Part shown: positions 23,269 to 33,198 of the stretch, piece after piece
Position numbering within the stretch: position 1 is the stretch's first letter
Layout of the letters: every line of letters starts with the position of its first letter
From: Acidimicrobiia bacterium
GTDB taxonomy: Bacteria > Actinomycetota > Acidimicrobiia > Spongiisociales > ZC4RG35
NCBI GenBank assembly: GCA_965215185.1
Contig: OZ244034.1
Span: 928,001 to 992,000 of the forward strand
Length of the DNA stretch: 64,000 nucleotides
Direction of reading: 5' to 3'
Notes under the pieces: generated by a model
The model's database searches: none
The model's input: the letters and a program-made list of their open reading frames with translations, nothing else
Told to the model about the DNA's origin: nothing
Translations under genes and position numbers: made by a program

Positions 23269-23429
23269 GACCGTATGACATCCTCAGCGGGGCAGCCCTC
23301 CGTTACCCGGGGCTGACCGACCCCGGTAGCGGCGGCATCGGTTGGCGCGGGAAGTCGACCACCCGGATCCACTTGTGGTCTGCCAAAACGTGGCGGAGGC
23401 CGCCCCTGCCTGTAAGTCGGGTAGGGATC

Positions 23430-23600
23430 CGGTTATGCGGGCTTGGTGGCGTCGGATGCGTAGATTGTGGCCGTGGAGTGTTGGGGGCGGGTCGATGGGG
23501 TGGTAGACCTCTCGGGCGATGTGCCGTTTAAGACAGTGGATGATCTCTCGCCGGGTATTACCTTCGGTCTGGCGCCGTTGGTGTATTCGATCGTGCACTG
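23430..23600 (-). mobile_element. IS110 A-type transposase C-terminal remnant
   Basis: EGNTRREIIHCLKRHIAREVYH matches the C-terminus of 50496-51724. Confidence 0.8.
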
Positions 23601-23713
23601 GTCGTGGCGCACGCGGCCTCTAACAGTGGAGGAGTCGGCATCGATATGGCATCCTGTCCTTTGGGACCGGCTCTGTGTAGCGCTGGCGTCGAACCGCCTT
23701 GCAGCCTGTCTTT

Positions 23714-24793
23714 TCAGCCGGCGGCCAACAGAGTCTTCAGTTCATCGCAAAGACGGTCGGTGTCATCCTGATCCACTCCGATGTGTGTCACGATTCGTAT
23801 CCTCCGCTCGCCGAAGGCCCCAACCAAGAAACCTCGGGGAAGCAACCGGGTGACAAGTTCGGCCGCAGTGGGGCCGTCAGGGGATATGTCGAAGATCACG
23901 ATGTTGGTGTGTGCTGGCAGGACTCTTTCAACCAACCCCAGGTCTTTTAGCGTTGAGGCAATCTGAGCAGCCCGTCGATGATCGTCTGCCAGTCGTTCCA
24001 CGTTGTGGTCGAGGGCATACAGGCAAAGGGCCGCCATGAATCCGGATTGTCGCAAGCCTCCTCCGAGGAGCTGTCGAAAGCGCCAGGCTCGCTGGATGAA
24101 ATCCTCGGATCCGACGAGAAGGGCGCCAAAGGGACAGCCGAGGCCCTTGGTGAAACAGATCGTGACGGAATCGTACCCTTGTGCGTAATCCTTGGCCGAT
24201 ATCCCGGTCTTGACCACCGCGTTCAGCAGTCGAGCTCCATCCATGTGAGTCGCAACTGCGGCCTCGGCGGCGACTCTGGCGACATCCCTCAGACCCTCCA
24301 AAGGCCAAACCGCTCCACCCCCCATGTTGGCGGTTTGTTCAACAACCACGAGAGCGGTCTCTGGGATATACAGGTTGCCTTTGGGTCGGAGAGCGGCAGC
24401 AACCTGCTCGGGGCCGAACATGCCGTTGGCACCGTCCACCATATGGGTCTGCACTCCCGCCAGCAGCGCCGGGCCGCCGGCTTCGAAGGTGATTATGTGT
24501 GAGGACCTTTCGCATATCATTTCGTCGCCCGGGCGGCAATGCACCGCCACGGCGATCTCGTTGGCCATGGTTGCCGAGGGCATGAACAAGGCGTCTTCCT
24601 TGCCGAGTAGTTCGGCTACCCGGTTTAGCAGTTCGGTGGTGGTCGGGTCTTCACCCTTTTGCTCGTCGCCGAGGGGCGCGTCCACAGCCGCTTGGCGCAT
24701 CTCCCGGGAAGGTATCGATTTGGTGTCGCTGAAGAAGTCGGCGGTATCCGGCGGCAATGGGCCCGGCTTCTTTCCTCCGTATGTACCCGCCAT
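23714..24793 (-). CDS. ltaE: Low-specificity threonine aldolase family PLP enzyme, copy 1
   Basis: EDPT, PSATMAN, HMDGARL, CFTKGLG (PLP Lys), GGGLRQSG. Confidence 0.88.
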   Translation of the reverse strand: MAGTYGGKKPGPLPPDTADFFSDTKSIPSREMRQAAVDAPLGDEQKGEDPTTTELLNRVAELLGKEDALFMPSATMANEIAVAVHCRPGDEMICERSSHIITFEAGGPALLAGVQTHMVDGANGMFGPEQVAAALRPKGNLYIPETALVVVEQTANMGGGAVWPLEGLRDVARVAAEAAVATHMDGARLLNAVVKTGISAKDYAQGYDSVTICFTKGLGCPFGALLVGSEDFIQRAWRFRQLLGGGLRQSGFMAALCLYALDHNVERLADDHRRAAQIASTLKDLGLVERVLPAHTNIVIFDISPDGPTAAELVTRLLPRGFLVGAFGERRIRIVTHIGVDQDDTDRLCDELKTLLAAG

Positions 24794-24970
24794 TTCCTAT
24801 CCTCCTATTCGGAGTTGCCTTACCCGCATGATTTGCAATAGCAGGTTACCCCATTAGAAATCCCGGCACGGTTTGAACATGGATCACGCCGGACACGTCA
24901 CAGAAAAGGGGCTTATATACCTAAGTTGACAAAGTGTCTAGCGAAACGGTTCGGCTGCTTTGCTTTGCCG

Positions 24971-26893
24971 TCATTTCGCTTTTCGGCGCTGGCTGGACGG
25001 GGGCGTGTCGGGGTCTTCGTGCCGTACCTTTTGGTTGTTCAGATAGTACGGGTCCCACCCGCGGGGTGGTGTTCCGTCGGGGTATACCCATCGGAGACCG
25101 TCGAGCCTTTCGGCTATGCATTGGCTGGATTCCCGGATCGTTTCCAACGACCGGGCGAACCTTTCCGTGCTTGTATCTGTTTGCTGGGCATATTCAACTA
25201 TTTCTGTAACTAGGGCCTGGCAGGAGAGCATCGTTTCGAGGGTGGTTTCCCTAACGTTGGCTACTAGGGGCGGATCGAGGTGGTCTCCATTAGTGGGAGG
25301 GGAATACTCGGCGGTTTTCGGGGAGGTGGTCGGCTGGTAGCCCGGCGTTTCGTTCATCTCCGCCCGGGTTTTGTCTATTCCCTCTCGTAGATCAGCCATG
25401 CTTTTTTGGTGTTGGCGGAGCCGTTCAACAAGGGCGTCCCAGTATTCCCTCATATCGTCGCGTGTTACGCTGTCGGTTTCCCGAGGTCGGGGAGTGTAAC
25501 CATAGGCGGCCCGGCTCACCATCGAACTCGCCTTGCTCAACGCCTTGATGGTTCTTTCCACGCATACTTGTTCGTGGGGGAGGGGCTGGACTTGAACGGG
25601 TGGGGAGGTGATCCATGTTCCCGTCTGGGCGGCGTGATGTTCCCACGCCAGCGGATGGGCGGCGTTGTTCGCCCATGTCTGGGCGCCCACTATTCGTACT
25701 GGAATGACCAGTCCGGTGGCTTCCTCCACCACGTCCATGAGGCGTTTCCCCTCGGAGTGTCGAAGCAGGTGGGGCGTGTCGTCGCCTACGACAACCAAGT
25801 GAGACGACGACACGCCCTTCGGGATGTATTCAATAACGCCGGCGGGAAGGAGCTGCTCGGCGGCGCGGCGCACGGTTTCGGGGTCTGCTCGGAGGGAGAA
25901 CCATTGGGGGTCGGACCATCGGGGCAGCGCCAGTGTGCGCCGCAGGCGGTCCCGTCCCTCCGCGAAATGCCCCAACATCCAATCAAACAGTTCTCCCTCC
26001 CGGTCCTTGTTTCGCCTGACCTGCTGCGCTACCAGCCCCATCATGTCAACGGTGACGCATCCCAGTCGCCGTACCGTGTCCCTGGTGGGTTCACGGCGGA
26101 TGCGTTTCCAAAAGTGAAACAATTCCATGTGCTCCCTAGTGATGTTCCCACGGTCAAACTGGGCGGGAAGCAAATCGAACAGTTCCACGATGGTGGGTTC
26201 CCCGGCCGGGCGGTACGGAATGGAACACAGAACGAGACTGCCCATCAGGAAACAACGCAACGCGTCGAACAGTCGATCGTGGAGGGTTTTTAGGTGTTTT
26301 CGGTCGAAACCTTTGCGGGTATGGGCCGAAGCGTTCATTCCCCATAACACCATTTCGACCTTGTCCGCTCCCGGTTCAAGTACCCTAACCGCGGCGAAAC
26401 CGCGGGCGCTTTGCAAAGTGGACGGCCACCGCTCGTGGCCGAGGTCGACGCAATGCCGACAGGTTGCCTTTCCCTTCCCCTCATCGGCTATGCGATGTCG
26501 CCTCCGGGAGGGCTTGACAAGCCACCGGCCATGCGCAAAACATTCGTGTTCGAAAGTCCCAGCGACCCGCCGCAGGGACCACCATCGGTCCCAGTTGACC
26601 ATCCGCACTCGGACGTCCAAACCGGTTTGTTCAGAAACGACCCGGGCAAGCCAATCGCCTGTTCCCCACACCTGGCGGTCGTGGTGCGACAATCCCAGTT
26701 GTTTAGCGGCGTCGCGGTGGCTGTCAACCACGACCAGTACCCGCCATACTCCCGTTTCGTTGCCCGTTTCGCCGCAACTGCTCGGATGGTTAACAGTGTG
26801 GAACACCCGAACCGCGCCGGGCCATTCGACAGCGTTGTGCAATCCCTCCCAACCCGGCGATTGCGGGCCGTGGGGTTTCCCCGCCCTAATCAA
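24971..26893 (-). CDS. Hypothetical protein with two degenerate nucleotidyltransferase(MNT)-like segments and a HEPN-like helical segment
   Basis: 640-aa ORF with an internal repeat LVVV...VVxExTGLxxxVRxV...W...EH...GxW; fold assignment is inference. Confidence 0.55.
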   Translation of the reverse strand: MIRAGKPHGPQSPGWEGLHNAVEWPGAVRVFHTVNHPSSCGETGNETGVWRVLVVVDSHRDAAKQLGLSHHDRQVWGTGDWLARVVSEQTGLDVRVRMVNWDRWWSLRRVAGTFEHECFAHGRWLVKPSRRRHRIADEGKGKATCRHCVDLGHERWPSTLQSARGFAAVRVLEPGADKVEMVLWGMNASAHTRKGFDRKHLKTLHDRLFDALRCFLMGSLVLCSIPYRPAGEPTIVELFDLLPAQFDRGNITREHMELFHFWKRIRREPTRDTVRRLGCVTVDMMGLVAQQVRRNKDREGELFDWMLGHFAEGRDRLRRTLALPRWSDPQWFSLRADPETVRRAAEQLLPAGVIEYIPKGVSSSHLVVVGDDTPHLLRHSEGKRLMDVVEEATGLVIPVRIVGAQTWANNAAHPLAWEHHAAQTGTWITSPPVQVQPLPHEQVCVERTIKALSKASSMVSRAAYGYTPRPRETDSVTRDDMREYWDALVERLRQHQKSMADLREGIDKTRAEMNETPGYQPTTSPKTAEYSPPTNGDHLDPPLVANVRETTLETMLSCQALVTEIVEYAQQTDTSTERFARSLETIRESSQCIAERLDGLRWVYPDGTPPRGWDPYYLNNQKVRHEDPDTPPSSQRRKAK

Positions 26894-27062
26894 CCTTCCA
26901 AACCAGCGTTGAAAAACCCGCCAGTGTTGAATCGTGAAAGCGTCATTGTCTCCATCTTAGCAACCTGCCCCTGCGCCCGCCGTTTGCTTTGCGAGAGGAT
27001 GCGCGTGGCCGCAATTAGGGATGTTCCACTTGCACTCCTGTTTTGCTCTGTTGCGGTTCGGT

Positions 27063-27575
27063 TCATCGCCTGCGCTCTTCGTAGTATTTGAGGTTGCATT
27101 GACCTCCCCATGGGGCAACGCATCGGCAGTCGGCGTTGTATTCGATCCAGTATTCGAAATCGCCGCTGCGTAAAATGGCGAACTGGTGTTCATGCCCTGT
27201 GACCTTTCGGAGGCACTCGGCTACAGAGCCCGCGTCTTCTGTGCAATCCATGACCTCCGTCAACGCCTCGTCCGTGCCGAATCCCCACCCGCCGTTCACC
27301 AACTCGTCTAGCCACCGGCGAAGCAAAAACTGTTGAGAGATGGCCTCTTCTAGGGTTTTCCCGTCGGCCAGTTCCTCATGAACCATCTTTCTTTCGCTCC
27401 CGATCCACGTGTTGTGTTCCGTGGCTATGGCTTGACATCCCGCCATCCGCGCTTCTTCTAAAGTGCCATCGACGCCCTGTGCTATGAACCGTCGCGTCGG
27501 CCCGTCCACATAGTGGACAGCCCATCGGGTTTGGTTCGTGGACATGGACTGTTTCGCTGCCGACGAGTCAGGCAA
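27063..27575 (-). CDS. Hypothetical protein
   Basis: 170-aa ORF overlapping the upstream stop, operon-like. Confidence 0.55.
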   Translation of the reverse strand: MPDSSAAKQSMSTNQTRWAVHYVDGPTRRFIAQGVDGTLEEARMAGCQAIATEHNTWIGSERKMVHEELADGKTLEEAISQQFLLRRWLDELVNGGWGFGTDEALTEVMDCTEDAGSVAECLRKVTGHEHQFAILRSGDFEYWIEYNADCRCVAPWGGQCNLKYYEERRR

Positions 27576-28164
27576 ACCGCTGCGCCCGTTCTTGCGCTCC
27601 GTCCCACAACGCTCCGTGGTCCGCCATTATGTTCGCCAGGTCTTCCCGGAATCCGGCAAGGGAAAACCCTCCTTTAGAACCGTTCAATTCCAATGCCTCG
27701 TCTATGAGATCCTGGCACCTGCGACGCTCCGTGCTTGCGGTGTTCCGGTTGCACACTACGGCTAGTAGCACCTGCCCGGGACCGGCGATTTCCCGGCCCC
27801 GCCACCCGGTCTTGATAGAAGGCTCATAGCGCCTCAAGTCCATCTCGAATATCAGGTGGTCGGTGGTGGGGCACGCGTGGCGAAGGGATTCAGCAATTGT
27901 CTGCAGCGTGCCGGGAGCGGCGAGGGGGTGCATCGCTACTACGGTTTCGACGTCCCAGCAAACGCATCCGACATCGGCGGCGTCGGTGACCATCAAGTGA
28001 AGCCACTCGCTGGTAACAGATGGATTCGCCGCCATCGGTAAATGGGCTTCGTGCTCCCACACCAATTGTTGCAACGCCTCGGGCGGAGCGTTGGGGTTCC
28101 CACCGAGGCGTTCGATGAATACGTACAGGTCGGAATACGGCGTTTCCCACACGTCGTCTCGCAT
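27568..28164 (-). CDS. Hypothetical protein with LRV/HEAT-like repeats
   Basis: NPNAPPEALQQL, AANPSVT, VAMHPLAAPGTL repeats. Confidence 0.6.
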   Translation of the reverse strand: MRDDVWETPYSDLYVFIERLGGNPNAPPEALQQLVWEHEAHLPMAANPSVTSEWLHLMVTDAADVGCVCWDVETVVAMHPLAAPGTLQTIAESLRHACPTTDHLIFEMDLRRYEPSIKTGWRGREIAGPGQVLLAVVCNRNTASTERRRCQDLIDEALELNGSKGGFSLAGFREDLANIMADHGALWDGAQERAQRFA

Positions 28165-28508
28165 GCCGTTCCCGAGTTGACAGCCAGCCTCCGCCCCCTT
28201 TTGTCGCAGGAGGGAAATACACTTTGTGGTGATGGCTTCTTGGGTGCAGACGATCCGTTTGAAAGGGCATTGTTCCCGCTCGGCGTACCGCGTCATGACT
28301 CGGTACGGTATGCAAATCCTCTGCTGCAAGACACCAATCGGCTCCGCGGCTGGGCGATGCGGGCAAACACCGCAGAGCAGTATCGCCTAGATGCCCTGTC
28401 AACTTAGGTATATGAGTCCCACAGAAAACCCTTGCCATGGAGGGCACAAGAATGCCAAAAATGCAGGCAGAGGTACAGAACACCCACAGATGCCTTGAGC
28501 CCGTTCTG

Positions 28509-29588
28509 TCAAAGGGGAGTGAGAAGAGTCTCCAATGCTGCGCACAGGCGTTCGGTGTCATCCTGATCCACTCCGAGGTGGGTCACTATTCGTATCCGCC
28601 TCTCGCCGAAGGCGCCAACTGCGAAACCCCGGGAGAGCAACTCGGCGACCAGTTCGGCTGCAGTCGGGCCCTGTGGCGAAATGGTGAAGATCACGATGTT
28701 GGTGTCTGTGGGCAGAACGGCATCCACCCACTCCAGGCCTTCCAGGAATGATGCGATCTGAGAGGCGTGGCGATGATCGTCTGCCAGTCGCTCCACGTTG
28801 TGGTCGAGGGCATACAGGCAAAGGGCCGCCATGAATCCGGACTGTCGCAATCCCCCCCCGATGAGTTGTCTAAGGCGCCAGGCGCGCTGGATGAATTGCT
28901 CGGACCCGGCAAGTGCGGCCCCAAAGGGACTGCCGAGGCCTTTGGAGAAACAGAGCGTGACGGAGTCATAGCCCTCTGAGTAGTCCTTGGCTGATATCCC
29001 GGTCTTGACCACCGCGTTCATCAGCCGAGCTCCATCCAGGTGAGTCGCAACTGCGGCCTCGGCGGCTACTGCGGCCACTTCCCTCATTTGTTGCAGGGGC
29101 CAGACTGCGCCACCTCCCATGTTGGCGGTCTGCTCCACAGCCACCATGGCGCTTTCGGGGAGGTACAGGTTGCCTTTGGGTCGGAGAGCGGCAGCAACCT
29201 GCTCGGGGCCGAACATGCCGTTGGCGCCGTCCACCATATAGGTCTGCACTCCCGCCAGCAGCGCCGGGCCGCCGGCTTCGAAGGTGACTATGTGTGAGGA
29301 CCTTTCGCAAATGATTTCGTCGCCCGGCCGGCAATGCACCGCCACGGCGATCTCGTTGGCCATGGTTGCCGAGGGCATGAATAGGGCGTCTTCTTTGCCG
29401 AGCAGTTCGGCTACCCGGTTAAGGAGTTCGGTGGTGGTCGGGTCTTCACCCTTTTGCTCATCGCCGAGGGGCGCGTCCAGCGCTGCTTCCCGCATCTGGC
29501 GGGGAGGTATCGACTTGCCGTCACTGTAGAAATCGGCGGTGCCGGCGGGCAATGGGGTTGCCTTCGTTCCTCCGTAAGTGCCGACCAC
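28509..29588 (-). CDS. ltaE: Low-specificity threonine aldolase family PLP enzyme, copy 2
   Basis: Close paralog of 23714-24793 with CFSKGLG; start set by alignment. Confidence 0.88.
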   Translation of the reverse strand: MVGTYGGTKATPLPAGTADFYSDGKSIPPRQMREAALDAPLGDEQKGEDPTTTELLNRVAELLGKEDALFMPSATMANEIAVAVHCRPGDEIICERSSHIVTFEAGGPALLAGVQTYMVDGANGMFGPEQVAAALRPKGNLYLPESAMVAVEQTANMGGGAVWPLQQMREVAAVAAEAAVATHLDGARLMNAVVKTGISAKDYSEGYDSVTLCFSKGLGSPFGAALAGSEQFIQRAWRLRQLIGGGLRQSGFMAALCLYALDHNVERLADDHRHASQIASFLEGLEWVDAVLPTDTNIVIFTISPQGPTAAELVAELLSRGFAVGAFGERRIRIVTHLGVDQDDTERLCAALETLLTPL

Positions 29589-29867
29589 TTCTTGCCCGCC
29601 TTTCTCTGATAGGAGTCGTAACGGTTTATCTTGCAATAGGATCATACGGCCATTCCATGGTCGAGGTCCACACCCAAGTCGCTTATCGGGAAACCCTTGA
29701 CCCCCAAAGAGGGCAACCCGCACCAAATTCATGCTCCGACCCGTTCGCTGGTTCGCTGCCACCGATGCCGAATCGACGCATCAACAGGCTGGTAACCGGC
29801 CTCTTGGCGCGTCTGAATGGCACGCTTTTGGACCGTCGGCGCCTGAAGTCAAGCTCTCCACGGTCCC

Positions 29868-31226
29868 CTAGACAATCGGCCACCGTGATGGGAACCCGAC
29901 ACCAGTAACTCTTCGTATTCGTTTGCCGATCTCCTCGACCTGTTGTATCAGCCCCCACAGGTCATCCACGAACCGGGGTTTGCCCGCCTCCACCACCACC
30001 CTGCCTTCGACAATCACCGTATCCACTGATTCGCCGGTGCTCGAGTACACAAGATTTCGGACTGGATCTATTAAAGAACGCCACTCGGCGCGGCGGGTGT
30101 CGAAGAGAACCAAATCGCCCCTTCTTCCCACCTCTATGACGCCCAGCGAATTGCCAACCTGCAACGCAGCGGCGCCGGTTCGGGTCGCCAACTCGAGTGC
30201 TGTCTCCGCCGGGATAAGGCTCCTATCTCCCCGAACATCTTTGTAAACGGTTGCCGCCAGGTTCATACAACGCACCATGTCCGAGAAGTTGGAGCTGTTG
30301 ACGGAGTCTGTTCCCAGGGACACTGGTATACCGGCGTTCAATAACTCAGGAAGCCGTCCGCCTCTACCAGTGTTGCCTCCGGCCTTCATCACTGTGCTGG
30401 GACAAATCACCACCGCCGCGCCGGATCCGGCGATGATTTCTATTTCCCTATCGGTCAGGTCCATGCAATGAGAGAGCACCACGTTGGGACCGAGAATCCC
30501 CAGCTCCGCCAGTCGTTGGGTTGGCGCTGATCCCGGTGCTCGGGCGCCACCCGAGTGATGGAGTGTCATTGCGGTTCCGTAGTGGTCGGCGATCCTCTTG
30601 GCGCCGATCAGAAGCTCCGGGCTACAGAAGTCAAGCGAAAATGGCATGGCCCAGGCCCGCACCCGTCCCGAAAGACAACCGTCCAGTCCCGTGATAGAAG
30701 CCTCCAAACGTTTTAGCGCATCGGTGGTGTCATAGACCGCAAGATTCAACCCGTTCTCCAGATCCTGGACCTGCGCACCGATTACTACCCGGCATCCGGC
30801 TTCGTCGTAAGCAGCCAGGCACGCCTCCGGGTATTTGGTCGTGCCCGGATCCACGAAGGTCGTGGTACCCGTCCGAAGCAATTCCGCCAGACCGAGCAAG
30901 GTGGTCAGATATTCCTCCTCCTCGGTCATGACCGATTGCATGGCAAATACGTGTTGTAATCGGTTGGGAACGTCGTCGGGAAAGATGCCACGGACCGAAT
31001 GGGCGTAGCTGATGTGCATATGACCATTGACGAACCCGGGCGTCACAACCATGCCGGTGGCGTCGATTATCCGATCCGCCTCAATGTGGCGGAGATCGTC
31101 GGCTTTGCCAACGTGGGTTATCTGTCCAGCCCGCACCACAACCGAGCCGTCTTGGATAATCCTTCTTGTGTCATCGACCGTTATGAGGTATTGAGCTTTG
31201 TCGATCTTGATACTCGGGTTAGTCAC
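29868..31226 (-). CDS. Amidohydrolase family protein (MtaD/AtzA-like deaminase)
   Basis: PGFVNGHMH, GTTT, LSH, LGTD metal-binding motifs. Confidence 0.9.
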   Translation of the reverse strand: MTNPSIKIDKAQYLITVDDTRRIIQDGSVVVRAGQITHVGKADDLRHIEADRIIDATGMVVTPGFVNGHMHISYAHSVRGIFPDDVPNRLQHVFAMQSVMTEEEEYLTTLLGLAELLRTGTTTFVDPGTTKYPEACLAAYDEAGCRVVIGAQVQDLENGLNLAVYDTTDALKRLEASITGLDGCLSGRVRAWAMPFSLDFCSPELLIGAKRIADHYGTAMTLHHSGGARAPGSAPTQRLAELGILGPNVVLSHCMDLTDREIEIIAGSGAAVVICPSTVMKAGGNTGRGGRLPELLNAGIPVSLGTDSVNSSNFSDMVRCMNLAATVYKDVRGDRSLIPAETALELATRTGAAALQVGNSLGVIEVGRRGDLVLFDTRRAEWRSLIDPVRNLVYSSTGESVDTVIVEGRVVVEAGKPRFVDDLWGLIQQVEEIGKRIRRVTGVGFPSRWPIV

Positions 31227-31328
31227 CTTGGGCTCCTATCACTCTGGGCCGACAACCTATCTGAAGCCCAATGTGTGTTGGCGCCGGATGGATACGGCCC
31301 GCCATCAGTGTGTCGCCGTATCTCTTTT

Positions 31329-32681
31329 CTATGAGGTACTGGCTCCTTTCTTGGCCAACTCGCCAGTGTCCACCAGGTCTTGCGTCGCCAGATACTCGGG
31401 ATCCTCATAGCGGCTGAGAAGAAACGCCTTCGCAGACTCAGGGAGGTCGCTTCCGGTCAAATGGCAGCCAACGAGTTCGGCGGCGCCTGTGCAAATCATC
31501 ACCCCGTATCCCGACATCCCGGTCATGAGATAGAACCCCTCAGGGCCCGCCGGCCCGATCAGAGGGAGGTTCTCCGGAGTCTTCATGACGTACCCGCCAT
31601 CGACAACCGAGTAGGGCAGATGATCGCGGTACCGGGTCAGAGACGGCACCATGGTGGCCATTCCGCGCATGACCGCCTCGGGGAACATGAAGTCTGCTTC
31701 AGGCGCCGGCCAGGTTGGTCGATCTCGAACAACGGGCCGGTAGTTGCAGAGAGCTTCGAAAAACGGTGAATCGATGCCGCCTTCGGGCCGACCGAAGACC
31801 GGGGTCGTTATCTCACCCAGCAACTCATCGAACCCTTCCGCGGCCAGAGCGGATCTCTCTTCTTCGCTCCAGTCGATAGTTATAGGGTCGGTCCACAAGA
31901 GCATGGGAGCATCACGGGGAAACGCTCCTAGGTGATCTCTGAACGACACTTTGTGGTGAAGCGATGCGTGCATGGGTAGTTCAACTCCTACCAACCCCGC
32001 CAGTTGTTGCGACATTGGCCCGGCGGCGTTGACCACGGCTGGGGTGGAGATCCGCCCGCCCGACCTCAACATTGCGCTTGAGACGCCCCCTCCCACGATC
32101 TTGATATCAACTACCTCATCAACGATTACCTCCGCTCCGTGGTTGCTGGCCATTTCCAGCATCCAGGCCCCGAGCTGCTGGGCGCTGAACCATCCGCCTC
32201 GTCGGACGTACAGTCCACCGAGCGCTTCGCCGCTCAGATAGGGAAACCTGCCCAGGAGGGCTTCGGGATTCTGGTACACATCGAAGCCTGCCTTCTCTCT
32301 TGGGGCGCCGGCGTGCCGGTTGATTCGAACTGGGCCTGCGCCAAACCCCGAACTTGCCTGTGCCCCCCTCACTAAAGACGTCAACTGCTCAGGGTCACCG
32401 GTTACAAATAGGTATCCCCTCCGTGACATGTTGAAGAAGTCGTTCGATTGCTCCTTCATGACCTCCAGAATGTCAATGGAGCGGTTGGTCAAGTCAACCA
32501 TCGGCTTGTTGGGGAAGAAATTGCGATAGCACTCTGATGATTTGTCAGACGTGAGCGAAAGCGGTGGACGGGGGTCAACGACGATCACCTTTTCCACTCG
32601 CTGCCTCACTGCCAACTCAAAGCAAGTCGCGACACCCGCGATTCCGGCGCCAACCACGACCGCTCCTGCCTGCCGCGCCAT
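31329..32681 (-). CDS. FAD-dependent oxidoreductase (DAO/sarcosine oxidase beta-like)
   Basis: GAGIAG, VVNAAG, TPENLPLIG, GMSGYG. Confidence 0.9.
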   Translation of the reverse strand: MARQAGAVVVGAGIAGVATCFELAVRQRVEKVIVVDPRPPLSLTSDKSSECYRNFFPNKPMVDLTNRSIDILEVMKEQSNDFFNMSRRGYLFVTGDPEQLTSLVRGAQASSGFGAGPVRINRHAGAPREKAGFDVYQNPEALLGRFPYLSGEALGGLYVRRGGWFSAQQLGAWMLEMASNHGAEVIVDEVVDIKIVGGGVSSAMLRSGGRISTPAVVNAAGPMSQQLAGLVGVELPMHASLHHKVSFRDHLGAFPRDAPMLLWTDPITIDWSEEERSALAAEGFDELLGEITTPVFGRPEGGIDSPFFEALCNYRPVVRDRPTWPAPEADFMFPEAVMRGMATMVPSLTRYRDHLPYSVVDGGYVMKTPENLPLIGPAGPEGFYLMTGMSGYGVMICTGAAELVGCHLTGSDLPESAKAFLLSRYEDPEYLATQDLVDTGELAKKGASTS

Positions 32682-33198
32682 CTCAGTGCTCCAAGAAAGT
32701 CTCGGTTACGGCTGTCTGCGAAACTGAGGAGAGTTTTACTGGTCGATCGATCATTGGTCGGAACATCTATCTTGCCTTCCGAGACTTACCCGCTTGAACG
32801 ATAGTTGGCACCCTCCCCTGCAGGTGTCCGCAACTGCGGCCTTTGCCTGCACATCGGGTAGTCACTGTTGCCAGTCTTGGGGATGGGAAGGCCCGGGCGC
32901 CTCCCCATCGGGTATCTGGGAGCTGGGCGGCACTTTATCCGCTGGCGAGATTTGTTTGACCGCAACCCGCCCGGTGAACAAGTCCGGCGGGGAGGGACAC
33001 AATAGTTTTCCAAATCCTCAGCATTGGCGTCCTTGGCGAGGCAGCCATTGTGTGGCTCTTGCTATCGCTGGAGTTGCCCTGCTTTTGTGGGGTATCACCT
33101 CAGACGTCCACTAAAACGGGACCAACGCATCGCGATCAATTGCAGCAGCGATAAAGATCCCAATAAAGTAGTTGAAAAGAGATAAGAGGAGCAAGATC

